DNA from: Mycolicibacterium smegmatis
GTDB taxonomy: Bacteria; Actinomycetota; Actinomycetes; Mycobacteriales; Mycobacteriaceae
Direction of reading: 5' to 3'
Length of the DNA: 32,000 nucleotides
Assembly (NCBI RefSeq): GCF_001457595.1
Contig: NZ_LN831039.1
Span: 4,890,001-4,922,000 of the forward strand
Shown here: one piece after another, positions 19,445 through 28,510 of the stretch
How positions within the stretch are numbered: the stretch's first letter is position 1
Layout of the letters: every line of letters starts with the position of its first letter
Translations under genes and position numbers: made by a program
The notes under the pieces: model-generated
What the model saw: only the letters and a program-made list of their open reading frames with translations
Databases searched by the model: none
Told to the model about the DNA's origin: nothing

Positions 19445-20317
19445 ATGGGAAGCGCAGAAGGCCGGGTAGCCGGGAAGGTCGCGTTCATCACCGGTGCCGC
19501 ACGGGGCCAGGGCCGCAGCCACGCTGTTCGGCTCGCCGAAGAGGGCGCCGACATCATCGCCGTCGACCTGTGCCAGGACATCGACTCGATCGGCTACTCG
19601 CTGGCCACGCCGGAGGATCTCGAGGAGACCGCGCGCTACGTCGAGAAGGCAGGCCGCCGCATCGTGACCGCGCAGGCAGACGTGCGCGACGCCGCCCAAC
19701 TCAAGGAGGCGCTGGAGCGCGGCGTCTCCGAGCTCGGCAAGCTCGACATCGTCGTCGCGCAGGCCGGAATCGCTGCCATGAAAGGCAATCCGCCGCTTCA
19801 GGCCTGGACCGACGGGATCAACACCAACCTGGTCGGCACCATCAACGCCATCCAGGTCGCACTCCCCCACCTGAGCGAGGGAGCGTCGATCGTCGCGACC
19901 GCGTCGGCCGCGGCGTTGATGGACGCCCACAACAAACCCAACCCGGGAGCCGATCCGGGCGGCATGGGCTACATGGTGTCCAAGCGGATGATCTCGGAGT
20001 ATGTGCACTACCTCGCGACCGAACTGACCCCGCTGGGCATCCGCGCCAACGTGATCCACCCGACCAACTGCAACACCGACATGCTGCAGAGCGAGCCGAT
20101 GTACCGCTCGTTCCGCCCCGATCTGGAGCACCCCACGCGCGCCGACGCCGAACCGGTGTTCTACGTCCAGCAGGCCATGAAGGTGCCGTGGGTGGAACCG
20201 TCCGACATCAGCAATGCCGTGCTGTGGCTGGCGTCGGACGAGTCCCGCTTCGTCACCGGCATGCAGTTGCGTGTCGACGCCGGCGGCTATCTCAAGTGGT
20301 ACGACTACCACGTGTGA
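19445..20317 (+). CDS. SDR of the mycofactocin-coupled / carveol-dehydrogenase-like type
   Basis: 290 aa; GKVAFITGAARGQGRSHAVRLAEEGADIIAVDLC, an insertion before ADVRD, YMVSK, NVIHPTNCNTDML. Confidence 0.88.
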   Translation: MGSAEGRVAGKVAFITGAARGQGRSHAVRLAEEGADIIAVDLCQDIDSIGYSLATPEDLEETARYVEKAGRRIVTAQADVRDAAQLKEALERGVSELGKLDIVVAQAGIAAMKGNPPLQAWTDGINTNLVGTINAIQVALPHLSEGASIVATASAAALMDAHNKPNPGADPGGMGYMVSKRMISEYVHYLATELTPLGIRANVIHPTNCNTDMLQSEPMYRSFRPDLEHPTRADAEPVFYVQQAMKVPWVEPSDISNAVLWLASDESRFVTGMQLRVDAGGYLKWYDYHV

Positions 20318-20360
20318 TGTCCCCCAACAGAATTCACCGGCCCGAGAGGAGTGCACAACA

Positions 20361-20552
20361 GTGAAGGTGTCAGTTGACGGGCAGCGCTGCCAGGGCCACA
20401 CCCTGTGCTCGATGATCGCACCCGAGGCGTTCCGACTCGACGACGTCGACGGCCACGCGTCGCCGGTGTCGGAGATCGTGCCGCCCGATCAGGAGGCCGC
20501 GGTCGCCGAGGCCGCGCATTCCTGCCCAGAACAAGCCATCGTCATCGAATAA
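20361..20552 (+). CDS. [3Fe-4S]-type ferredoxin with CxxHxxC motif
   Basis: GTG start; MKVSVDGQRCQGHTLCSMIAPEAF...AHSCPEQAIVIE, 63 aa; gagaggag upstream; directly precedes a P450. Confidence 0.9.
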   Translation: MKVSVDGQRCQGHTLCSMIAPEAFRLDDVDGHASPVSEIVPPDQEAAVAEAAHSCPEQAIVIE

Positions 20553-20629
20553 CACCGATACGGTCCCCGGCCACCACGCCATATCCAGATCGCCGTCTGA
20601 CCCAGACCAAAAGCCAAGGGAGACAAGCC

Positions 20630-21991
20630 GTGAGCATCCAGGATGTCACGACCGACGACGACCGTGAGAAGATCACCTACCACTTCGATCGGCACACGCC
20701 GGAGTACCGGCTGCAGTTCGAGAAGATCACCGAGGAGATGCACTCCCGGTGCCCCGTGGCGTGGACCGAGACCTACGACGGCCACTGGGTGGCCGCGGGC
20801 AGCAACGAGGTCTTCGAACTCGCGCGCTGCCCTGTGGTGTCCAATCACCACGACATCAGCGGTGAGACTCCGTTCCAGGGCATCACGATCCCGAAGGCCA
20901 GCCGTGCCACGGTGGTTCGCGGCGGCATCCTCGAGATGGACGAACCCGAGCACAGTGCGTACCGCGGTGCGCTCAACCCCTACCTGTCGCCCGCGGCGAT
21001 CAAGCGGTGGGAACCGTTCGTCGACGAGATCACACGCGCCGCGATCGACGAGCACATCTCCTCGGGCCGCATCGACTTCGTCGAGCATCTCGCCAACGTG
21101 GTGCCCGCGGTGTTCACGCTCGCGATGATGGGCATCGAACTGAAGAAGTGGAACGTCTACAGTGAGCCCACCCACGCCTCGGTGTACACCCCCGAGCACG
21201 CCCCCGAGCGCGAGAAGATCAACGAGCAGCACCGCGAGATGGGCATCGATCTCATCAACAACATGATGGAGATCCGCCAGAACCCGCGGCCCGGCCTGGT
21301 CAACGCCCTGCTGCAACTGCGCATAGACGGCGAACCCGCGCCGGACATGGAGATCCTGGGCAACCTGGGCCTGATCATCGGTGGCGGCTTCGACACCACG
21401 ACGGCCCTCACAGCGCACGCGCTGGAGTGGCTCGGCGAACATCCCGACGAGCGCGAGCGGCTCAGCCGGGAGCGCGACACGCTGCTGAACCCCGCGACCG
21501 AGGAGTTCCTGCGGTTCTTCACACCCGCACCCGGCGACGGCCGTACGTTCGCCGAGGACGCCGAGGTGGCCGGGTACAAGTTCAAGCAGTACGAACGCCT
21601 GTGGCTGTCGTGGGCGATGGCCAACCGCGATCCGTCGGTGTTCGACAAGCCCAACGAGGTGATCCTGGACCGCAAGGGCAACCGTCACTTCAGCTTCGGC
21701 ATCGGCGTCCACCGGTGCGTGGGCTCCAACGTGGCGCGCACGGTGTTCAAGTCGATGCTCACCGCGGTGCTGGACCGCATGCCCGACTACGTGTGCGACC
21801 CCGAGGGCACCGTGCACTACGACACCATCGGCGTCATCCAGGGCATGCGCAACCTCCCCGCCACGTTCACCCCGAGCAGGCCGCTGGGCCCCGGCCTGGA
21901 CGAGACGCTGGAGAAACTGCAGCGCATCTGCAACGAGGAGGAACTCGCCCGCCCCATCACCGAGCGCAAGGAACGCGCGGTCATCGACTGA
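20630..21991 (+). CDS. Cytochrome P450
   Basis: GTG start MSIQDVTTDDDREK..; I-helix IIGGGFDTTTALT, ExxR (EEFLR), heme FSFGIGVHRCVGSNVAR; 453 aa. Confidence 0.95.
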   Translation: MSIQDVTTDDDREKITYHFDRHTPEYRLQFEKITEEMHSRCPVAWTETYDGHWVAAGSNEVFELARCPVVSNHHDISGETPFQGITIPKASRATVVRGGILEMDEPEHSAYRGALNPYLSPAAIKRWEPFVDEITRAAIDEHISSGRIDFVEHLANVVPAVFTLAMMGIELKKWNVYSEPTHASVYTPEHAPEREKINEQHREMGIDLINNMMEIRQNPRPGLVNALLQLRIDGEPAPDMEILGNLGLIIGGGFDTTTALTAHALEWLGEHPDERERLSRERDTLLNPATEEFLRFFTPAPGDGRTFAEDAEVAGYKFKQYERLWLSWAMANRDPSVFDKPNEVILDRKGNRHFSFGIGVHRCVGSNVARTVFKSMLTAVLDRMPDYVCDPEGTVHYDTIGVIQGMRNLPATFTPSRPLGPGLDETLEKLQRICNEEELARPITERKERAVID

Positions 21992-22104
21992 CACCGCGCT
22001 GCGGGCAAACCCGTCGGCAAACTCGGGAACACTGCGTGTCCCGCGCGCCTGTTAATCTCGATCACAAGTCGGGTTTCGATATCTCAGCAATACGGCTGAG
22101 CAGG

Positions 22105-22458
22105 ATGGGGGTGGCGCACGTGTTCACGTTCTCGCGCACAAAACTGGCGATCGCAGCGGCCGGGTTGGCGGCTGCGTTGCCGTTGTCGGCCGGTATCGCA
22201 TCCGCGCAGCCGGACTTCAGTGCGGTCGTCAACACAACCTGCAGCTACGAGCAGGTGATGGCTGCGCTCAATGCTCAGCAGCCGGATCTGGCGGCCCAGT
22301 TCAACACCTCACCCATGGCGCAGGGCATGCTGCGCAACTTCCTGGCCGCAGCGCCTGCCGAGCGTCAGCAGACCGTCAACCAGCTGCAGACCAATCCCAT
22401 GGCCCAGCAGTACTTCGGCACCATCTCCTCGATCGCCAGCAGCTGCAGCCGGTACTGA
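22105..22458 (+). CDS. Secreted hemophore-like protein (Rv0203-like family)
   Basis: Signal peptide ..AAAGLAAALPLSAGIASAQP then FSAVVNTTCSYEQVMAALNAQQPDLAAQFN..LRNFLAAAPAERQQTVNQL..ISSIASSCSRY (Cys pair). Confidence 0.75.
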   Translation: MGVAHVFTFSRTKLAIAAAGLAAALPLSAGIASAQPDFSAVVNTTCSYEQVMAALNAQQPDLAAQFNTSPMAQGMLRNFLAAAPAERQQTVNQLQTNPMAQQYFGTISSIASSCSRY

Positions 22459-22473
22459 GTTCTTACTCCCGCT

Positions 22474-23649
22474 TCAGCCGCGGGGCAGCCCGAGCACCTG
22501 AGTGGCGATGATGTTGCGCTGGATCTCCGACGTGCCGCCTGCGATGGTTCCGCCGAAGCTCCTGGCGTAGCGCTCGAACCAGCTCGCGAAGTAGTGGTCG
22601 AGGTTCATGTGCGCGTAGGGCCCGCTGGTCGACGGATGGATCAGGCCTTCGGGACCCGCTGCGGCGAGCGCGTTTTCGAAGGCGTTGCGCTCGGCCTCGG
22701 ACCCCAGCAGTTTGAGCACCGACACCGACGCGGTGTCCTGCTCGCCGCGCGCGGCGCGTGCGAGCGCGGCAGAACCCAAGGCGCGCAACGCCTGGTAGTC
22801 CATGATGGTCGTGGCGTACTGGTCGCGCTCGAGTTCGGTGCGGGGGTTGAAGTCGGCGAGCATGTTGTCGATGCGGTCGGCGAAGCCGAGCCACATCATG
22901 GTGCGCTCGTGGCCCAGTGAGCCGTTGGCCACCTTCCAGCCCTGGTTCAGCGGGCCCACGAGGTTCTCCGCGGGCACGCGCGCATCGGTGAAGAACACCT
23001 CGTTGAAGTCGAGGTTCTCCTGGCCGGTCATGTCCGCGAACGGCCTGCACACCACGCCGGGGGTGTCGGTCGGGACGATCAGCACGCTGATGCCCTTGTG
23101 CTTGGGCGCATCCGGATCGGTGCGTACGAACGTCAGCAGCCAGTCGGCGTCGTGCGCCCCCGACGTCCAGACCTTCTGACCGTTGACCACGAACTCATCC
23201 CCGTCGCGCACCGCGCGGGTGCGCAGCGATGCGAGGTCCGAACCCGCGCTCGGCTCACTCATACCCAGCGACGCGGTCTTCTCGCCACGCAGCACCGGCA
23301 CGGCCCAGCGGTGCTTCTGCTCCTCGGTGCCGAATGTCAAGAGCGACGCCGCGATGATGTTGACGCCCTGGGGGTTGAAGCTGTGGTAGATCCGGCGGCG
23401 GCACAGCTCGTCGAGATGGACGAACTGCTGCACGACGTTTGCGTTGCGACCGCCGAACTCCGGCGGCTGGGCGGGCAGCAGCCAGCCGTTGTCGAACAGC
23501 AGGCGCTGCCAGTCGCGGGCCCACTGCGGCATGTGCGAGACCGACCGGGGACGCTCCAGCGTCGCGGCCTCGGACGGGAGGTTCGCGTCGAGGAACGCCA
23601 CGAACTCTGCGCGGAACTTCTCGACGTCGGAATCGAATGTCAGCTGCAT
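22474..23649 (-). CDS. Acyl-CoA dehydrogenase (FadE-like, large chain)
   Basis: 391 aa; AMSEPSAGSDLASLRTRAVRDGDEFVVNGQKVWTSGAHDADW; C-terminal GGTIAGGTSEIQRNIIATQVLGLPR. Confidence 0.94.
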   Translation of the reverse strand: MQLTFDSDVEKFRAEFVAFLDANLPSEAATLERPRSVSHMPQWARDWQRLLFDNGWLLPAQPPEFGGRNANVVQQFVHLDELCRRRIYHSFNPQGVNIIAASLLTFGTEEQKHRWAVPVLRGEKTASLGMSEPSAGSDLASLRTRAVRDGDEFVVNGQKVWTSGAHDADWLLTFVRTDPDAPKHKGISVLIVPTDTPGVVCRPFADMTGQENLDFNEVFFTDARVPAENLVGPLNQGWKVANGSLGHERTMMWLGFADRIDNMLADFNPRTELERDQYATTIMDYQALRALGSAALARAARGEQDTASVSVLKLLGSEAERNAFENALAAAGPEGLIHPSTSGPYAHMNLDHYFASWFERYARSFGGTIAGGTSEIQRNIIATQVLGLPRG

Positions 23650-23651
23650 GT

Positions 23652-24656
23652 CTAGAGCCCCCTGTAGGTCGTGCGGTACTCGGCGGCGATCACCGCGCGG
23701 TGCTCGGCCGCGCCACCCAACAGCAGTTCACCGGCCTTGGCGCGCTTCAACGCGAACTGCACGTCGTTCTCCCATGTGAAGCCCATGGCCCCGAACAACT
23801 GCAGCCCGTGCCGGAACACCACGGCCTGGCACTCCCCCGCCGACGCCTTGGCCATCCGCGACGCCAGGCGCCGGCGCGGATCGTTCTCGGCGATCGTCAG
23901 AGCCGCGAAATACGCCAGGGCGCGGGCGCGTTCGATCGCGACGTGCATGTCGACGGCCTTGTGCTGCACGGCCTGCAACGATCCGATCGGCACACCGAAC
24001 TGCTGCCGCTGCTTGGCGTGCTCGAGCACGAGATCGAGCACGCGCCGGCAGGCACCGACCATGTGGACCGCCATACCGGTGAGCGCCAGGTGGTGCGCCT
24101 TCTCGATATCGACGGGCACGCGGTCGGTGTCGGCAACCGCGACGCCGTCGAACGACACCTCGGCCACGTGCAGCACCGGATCGAACACCGGACTGCGCCG
24201 GATGGCGGCCGTGCCCGCGTCGACGAGGAACACGCCTGCCTCGGTGACCACGGCCAGCGTCTCGGCCCGGTCGCCGTCGAGCACGTGGCGTCCCGTACCG
24301 CTGAGCACCCACCCGGTCTCGTCGCGACGCGCGGTCACCCCGCCGTACACCGCTGCCCCCGCGCTCGCGGCGTCGAACCGGTCCCCGGCCAGCGGCGCGA
24401 ACTGCGTCATGGTCGCCAGGTACGGCGTGAGATCGGTGGCCCGGCCCAGTTCTTCGAGCACGGTCGCGAGCTCGACGGCGTTCTCCGGCTCGGTGAGCTC
24501 GGTCCAGCCCTGCTCGATGTAGTTCTTCCACAGCGGCGCCGGGTCGACACCCTGCTCGGCGACCTCGCGGACCAGCGTCGCCGGACACTGTTTGGTCACC
24601 GCATCGCGTACGGTTTCCTGCCATAGCCGTTGATCGGCATCGAACTCGAGTAGCAC
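23652..24656 (-). CDS. Acyl-CoA dehydrogenase (FadE-like, divergent partner)
   Basis: 334 aa; LATVLEELGRATDLTPYLATMTQFAPLA, IPIGSLQAVQHKAVDMHVAIERARAL, HGLQLFGAMGFTWENDVQFALKRAK. Confidence 0.92.
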   Translation of the reverse strand: MLLEFDADQRLWQETVRDAVTKQCPATLVREVAEQGVDPAPLWKNYIEQGWTELTEPENAVELATVLEELGRATDLTPYLATMTQFAPLAGDRFDAASAGAAVYGGVTARRDETGWVLSGTGRHVLDGDRAETLAVVTEAGVFLVDAGTAAIRRSPVFDPVLHVAEVSFDGVAVADTDRVPVDIEKAHHLALTGMAVHMVGACRRVLDLVLEHAKQRQQFGVPIGSLQAVQHKAVDMHVAIERARALAYFAALTIAENDPRRRLASRMAKASAGECQAVVFRHGLQLFGAMGFTWENDVQFALKRAKAGELLLGGAAEHRAVIAAEYRTTYRGL

Positions 24657-24689
24657 CCGCCGCCTCCTGATGCGCTGTCACGTTCTGGC

Positions 24690-24704
24690 GAGAATAACAT
24701 TCTC
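24690..24704. promoter_or_regulatory. Putative operator, GAGAAY-N3-RTTCTC family (site 3, perfect)
   Basis: gagaat-aac-attctc; 34 bp upstream of the acyl-CoA dehydrogenase start; a TAnnnT -10-like element (tattct on minus) lies inside it. Confidence 0.6.
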
Positions 24705-24812
24705 TTCTGACGAGTATTCGCTCTCATCCCGCAAGCACCGGTTCTGTCGGCCCTCCCACCGAGCGAGCGACCGGCAGTGGCGTTCACCTGCGACAAGGCG
24801 CCGAACTGGACT

Positions 24813-24827
24813 GAGAACAATGTTCTT
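24813..24827. promoter_or_regulatory. Putative operator, GAGAAY-N3-RTTCTC family (site 4)
   Basis: gagaac-aat-gttctt; about 100 bp upstream of the proposed amidohydrolase TTG start. Confidence 0.55.
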
Positions 24828-24926
24828 GCTATTGAAGAATATCGATCTAAACTGGCAAGGGTCCGGTGTGGCGTGCACACCGAAGCGCGCGCACGCCGCA
24901 GAACGGACGAGCATCGGAGGACAGCC

Positions 24927-26045
24927 TTGGCCCTGCACCAACCAGACAGCCCGGGACCCGAGGGGACCAGCACACCTCTCATCGACGCGAGCGTGCACAT
25001 CTTCTTCGGCTCGAACAAGGACCTGCGCCAGAACTTTCTGCGAGAACCGTTCGCCAGCCGGGGTTTTCCCGACTACGAGATGAACTGGTACGGCGCGCCG
25101 GGCGGTGAGTACGCCAAGAACACCAAGGGTCCCGACCGGCAGTACCCGGGTTCGGATCCGGACGTCGCGGCGCAGCACCTGTTCACCGAGCGCGGCGTCG
25201 ACATCGCGATCCTGCATCCGATGACGCGCGGCATCATGCCCGACCGTCACCTGGGCACGGCACTGGCCAACGCACACAACGAGATGATGGTGACGCGCTG
25301 GCTCGACCACGAGAGGTACGGCGAGCGGTTCCGCGGAACCATCCGCGTCAACCCCGACGACATCGCCGGTGCACTACGGGAGATCGAGCGGTTCAAGGAC
25401 CATCCGCGCGTCGTGCAGATCGGGGTGCCGCTGCAGTCGCGCGAACTCTACGGAAAACCGCAGTACTGGCCGCTGTGGGAGGCCGCGTCCGACGCGGGTC
25501 TCCCGGTGGCCGTGCACATCGAGGTCGGGGCCGGTGTGCAGTTCGCGCCGACACCGTCCGGCAAGACCAGGACCTACGAGCAGTACCTCGGGTTCATGGC
25601 GCTCAACTACCTGTACCACCTGATGAACATGATCGCCGAGGGCGTGTTCGAGCGGATGCCGGCGCTCAAGTTCGTCTGGGCCGACGGTGCGGCCGACCTG
25701 TTGACGCCATTCATCTGGCGTATGGACTGCTTCGGTCGTCCTCATCTGGAGCAGACACCGTGGGCGCCGAAGATGCCCAGCGACTACCTGCCCGGACACG
25801 TGTACTTCGTCCAGGGCGCGCTGGACGGGCCCGGTGACGTCGAATTCGCCGGTGAATGGTTCGGTTTCACGGGTAAGGAGAACATGGTGATGTTCGGGTC
25901 GAGTTACCCGCACTGGCAGCTCAACGAACCGGAGGTGCCCACGGCGTTCACGCCCGAACAGCGCGACAAACTGCTGTGGCGCAACGCCGCAGAACTGTAC
26001 GGGTTGCAGAGCGCGCTCACGTCGACCGCCGGCGCGGCACGGTGA
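24927..26045 (+). CDS. Amidohydrolase-family protein (amidohydrolase_2 / ACMSD-like)
   Basis: TTG start with RBS cggagg 6 nt upstream; LIDASVHIFFGSNKDLRQNFL.., VQIGVPLQSRELYGKPQYWPLWEAASDAGLPVAVHIE, MFGSSYPHWQ. The track ORF extends to 24777 but the upstream part looks non-coding. Confidence 0.85.
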   Translation: MALHQPDSPGPEGTSTPLIDASVHIFFGSNKDLRQNFLREPFASRGFPDYEMNWYGAPGGEYAKNTKGPDRQYPGSDPDVAAQHLFTERGVDIAILHPMTRGIMPDRHLGTALANAHNEMMVTRWLDHERYGERFRGTIRVNPDDIAGALREIERFKDHPRVVQIGVPLQSRELYGKPQYWPLWEAASDAGLPVAVHIEVGAGVQFAPTPSGKTRTYEQYLGFMALNYLYHLMNMIAEGVFERMPALKFVWADGAADLLTPFIWRMDCFGRPHLEQTPWAPKMPSDYLPGHVYFVQGALDGPGDVEFAGEWFGFTGKENMVMFGSSYPHWQLNEPEVPTAFTPEQRDKLLWRNAAELYGLQSALTSTAGAAR

Positions 26046-26065
26046 AGGTAGCCGAGGGAGCCAAC

Positions 26066-27208
26066 ATGTCAGCGACGACAAGACCACGGGTACCGGCCAC
26101 CGAACGCATCGCTGTGCGGTGTGTCGATTCCGACGTCCACCCGATGCCGCGGCGCGGTGAACTCGTCGAGTACATCCCCGAACCGTGGCGCAGCAAGTAC
26201 TTCCTGAGCCACCGCGTGGGTGAACAGATCTACTACGACGCACCCGATTACGCGCATGCCTACGCGATGCGCGTCGACGCGTTCCCACCCGACGGCGAAT
26301 TCGCCTGCAGCGACCCCGATATGGCGCTGCGCCAGCTCATCATGGAGGCCGGGTCGGACATCGCGATCCTGGAGCCCACCCATTCCGAGCACCGGCTCGG
26401 CGAGGCGACCGCGGCGTACTGCACCGCGGTCAACGAGTGGCTGGCCGACAACTGGCTCGACAGCCACAACAACTGGCACCAGCGCTGGCGCGGCTCGATC
26501 TGCGCGGCGATCGAGGAGCCACAGTCGGCCGTGGCCGAGATCGAGAAGTGGGCCGGCCACCCCTACATGGCGCAGATCCTCATCAAGGCCGAACCGCGCC
26601 CGTCCTGGGGCGACCCGAAGTACGACCCGATCTGGGCCGCGGCCACCAAACACGACATCGTGGTCAGCTGCCACCTGTCACGCGGTGAGTTCGAGACGTT
26701 GCCGCTGCCTCCGGTCGGATTGCCCAGCTACAACCACGATTTCATGGTCACGTACTCGCTGCTGGCGGCCAATCAGGTGATGAGCCTGATCTTCGACGGC
26801 GTGTTCGACCGGTTCCCGACGCTGCGCATCGTGTTCGTCGAGCACGCGTTCACCTGGATCCTGCCGCTCATGTGGCGCATGGACGCGATCTACGAACGCC
26901 GCAAGTCGTGGCTGAACATCAAGCGCAAACCCAGCGAGTACGTCAAAGACCACATCAAGTTCACGACGCAACCGCTGGACTACCCCGAGGACAAGACCGA
27001 ACTGTCACGGGCCTTCGAGTGGATGGAGTGCGAGAAGATCCTGCTGTTCTCCTCGGACTACCCGCACTGGACGTTCGACGATCCACGCTGGCTGGTCAAG
27101 CACCTGCCCGAACATGCCCGCGAGGCGATCATGTTCCGCAATGGCCTGAAGACCTACAAGCTGCCGGACACCGTGCCGGTGCTCGAGGGACAGGTACGGG
27201 TGTTCTGA
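26066..27208 (+). CDS. Amidohydrolase-family protein (paralogous type)
   Basis: MSATTRPRVPATERIAVRCVDSDVHPMPRRGELVEYIPEPWRSKYF.., ILEPTHSEHRLGEATAAYCTAVNEWL, LLFSSDYPHWTFDDP. Confidence 0.92.
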   Translation: MSATTRPRVPATERIAVRCVDSDVHPMPRRGELVEYIPEPWRSKYFLSHRVGEQIYYDAPDYAHAYAMRVDAFPPDGEFACSDPDMALRQLIMEAGSDIAILEPTHSEHRLGEATAAYCTAVNEWLADNWLDSHNNWHQRWRGSICAAIEEPQSAVAEIEKWAGHPYMAQILIKAEPRPSWGDPKYDPIWAAATKHDIVVSCHLSRGEFETLPLPPVGLPSYNHDFMVTYSLLAANQVMSLIFDGVFDRFPTLRIVFVEHAFTWILPLMWRMDAIYERRKSWLNIKRKPSEYVKDHIKFTTQPLDYPEDKTELSRAFEWMECEKILLFSSDYPHWTFDDPRWLVKHLPEHAREAIMFRNGLKTYKLPDTVPVLEGQVRVF

Positions 27209-27600
27209 TGAGCGACATCGAGAAGCGCCCCAGGCTCGCGCAGGGGCGCGAGCACGTCGTCGCCACGGTCGACGAGATCCCGCCCGGCACACACAAACTG
27301 GTGCCGATCGGCCGTCACGGCGTCGGCGTCTACAACGTGAACGGCACGTTCTATGCAATCGCGAACTACTGTCCGCATGAGGGCGGTCCGCTGTGTTCCG
27401 GCCGGGCCCGCGGGCGGACCGTGGTCGACGAGTCCGCGCCGGGTGACGCGGTGATGGTGCGCGACATGGAGTACATCTACTGCCCCTGGCATCAGTGGGG
27501 TTTCGAACTGGCGACCGGCACCACCGCGGTCAAGCCGGAGTGGAGTATCCGCACCTATCCGGTGCGGGTCGTTGGTGACGAGGTGTTGGTGACGGCATGA
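27208..27600 (+). CDS. Stand-alone Rieske [2Fe-2S] protein
   Basis: 130 aa; NYCPHEGGPLC ... YIYCPWHQWGFEL. Confidence 0.93.
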   Translation: MSDIEKRPRLAQGREHVVATVDEIPPGTHKLVPIGRHGVGVYNVNGTFYAIANYCPHEGGPLCSGRARGRTVVDESAPGDAVMVRDMEYIYCPWHQWGFELATGTTAVKPEWSIRTYPVRVVGDEVLVTA

Positions 27601-28508
27601 CGGCAACAGGTAGCACGGTCGGCGGGCCCACGCTCAAGCGCGGCGAGAAGACCATCGAGATCAACGGCGGCAACGTCGTGTACGAAATGCTCGGCAAGGA
27701 AGGCGATGTCATCGCGCTGACGCCCGGCGGACGGTTCAGCAAGGACATCCCGGGCCTGCGGCCACTGGCCAGGGAACTGGTCAAGGGCGGCTACCGGGTG
27801 CTGCTGTGGGACCGGCCCAACTGCGGTCGCTCCGATGTGCAGTTCCACGGGCAGAGCGAATCCCACATGCGCGCCGAGACGCTGTACACGCTGATCTCGA
27901 AACTCGGTGTGGGGCCGTGCATCATCGCGGGCGGCTCGGGCGGGGCCAGGGATTCGATGATCACCGCCATGCTCTATCCCGAGATCGTGACCAAGCTCGT
28001 GGTGTGGAACATCGTCGGCGGTGTGTACGGCTCGTTCGTGCTGGGCGGGCACTACATCACCCCGAGCATCCTGGCCGTGCGCGGACTCGGCATCGAAGGC
28101 CTGCTGCACGTTCCCGAGTGGCGCGAGCGCATCGAGCAGAACCCGGCCAACCGGCAGCGGTTCCTCGACCTCGACGCCGACGAGTTCCTCAAGGTGATGC
28201 TGCGGTGGCTGAATGCGTTCGTGTCCAAACCGGGCCAGACGATCCCCGGTGTGCCCGACGAGATGTTCGACAACATCACGGTGCCCACGCTGATCATCCG
28301 GGGCGGCGAGAACGACTGGGATCACCCCAAACGCACGTCCCTGGAGGTCAACTGCCTGATCAAGGGGTCCACGCTGATCGATCCGCCCTGGCCCGAGGAC
28401 GCCTGGGAGCGCGCCGGCGAGAAGTTCGCCAGGAGCGGGGGCAAGAAGTTCTGCCTGTTCGACACGTGGGTGCAGGCCGCGCCCGCCATCCTGGAGTTCC
28501 TCAAGTGA
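27597..28508 (+). CDS. Alpha/beta-hydrolase-fold protein
   Basis: 303 aa; GYRVLLWDRPNCGRSD, nucleophile elbow IIAGGSGGARDS, FDNITVPTLIIRGGENDWDHP. Confidence 0.9.
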   Translation: MTATGSTVGGPTLKRGEKTIEINGGNVVYEMLGKEGDVIALTPGGRFSKDIPGLRPLARELVKGGYRVLLWDRPNCGRSDVQFHGQSESHMRAETLYTLISKLGVGPCIIAGGSGGARDSMITAMLYPEIVTKLVVWNIVGGVYGSFVLGGHYITPSILAVRGLGIEGLLHVPEWRERIEQNPANRQRFLDLDADEFLKVMLRWLNAFVSKPGQTIPGVPDEMFDNITVPTLIIRGGENDWDHPKRTSLEVNCLIKGSTLIDPPWPEDAWERAGEKFARSGGKKFCLFDTWVQAAPAILEFLK

Positions 28509-28510
28509 GC

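Noticed and set aside
23439-24626. 395-aa plus-strand ORF opposite the acyl-CoA dehydrogenases
   Set aside because: Same GC-driven shadow ORF pattern; no recognisable domain.
24777-24926. N-terminal 50 aa extension of the first amidohydrolase in the ORF track
   Set aside because: The segment is lower-GC, non-homologous in character and contains the operator-like palindrome; a TTG with a good RBS at 24927 fits better.
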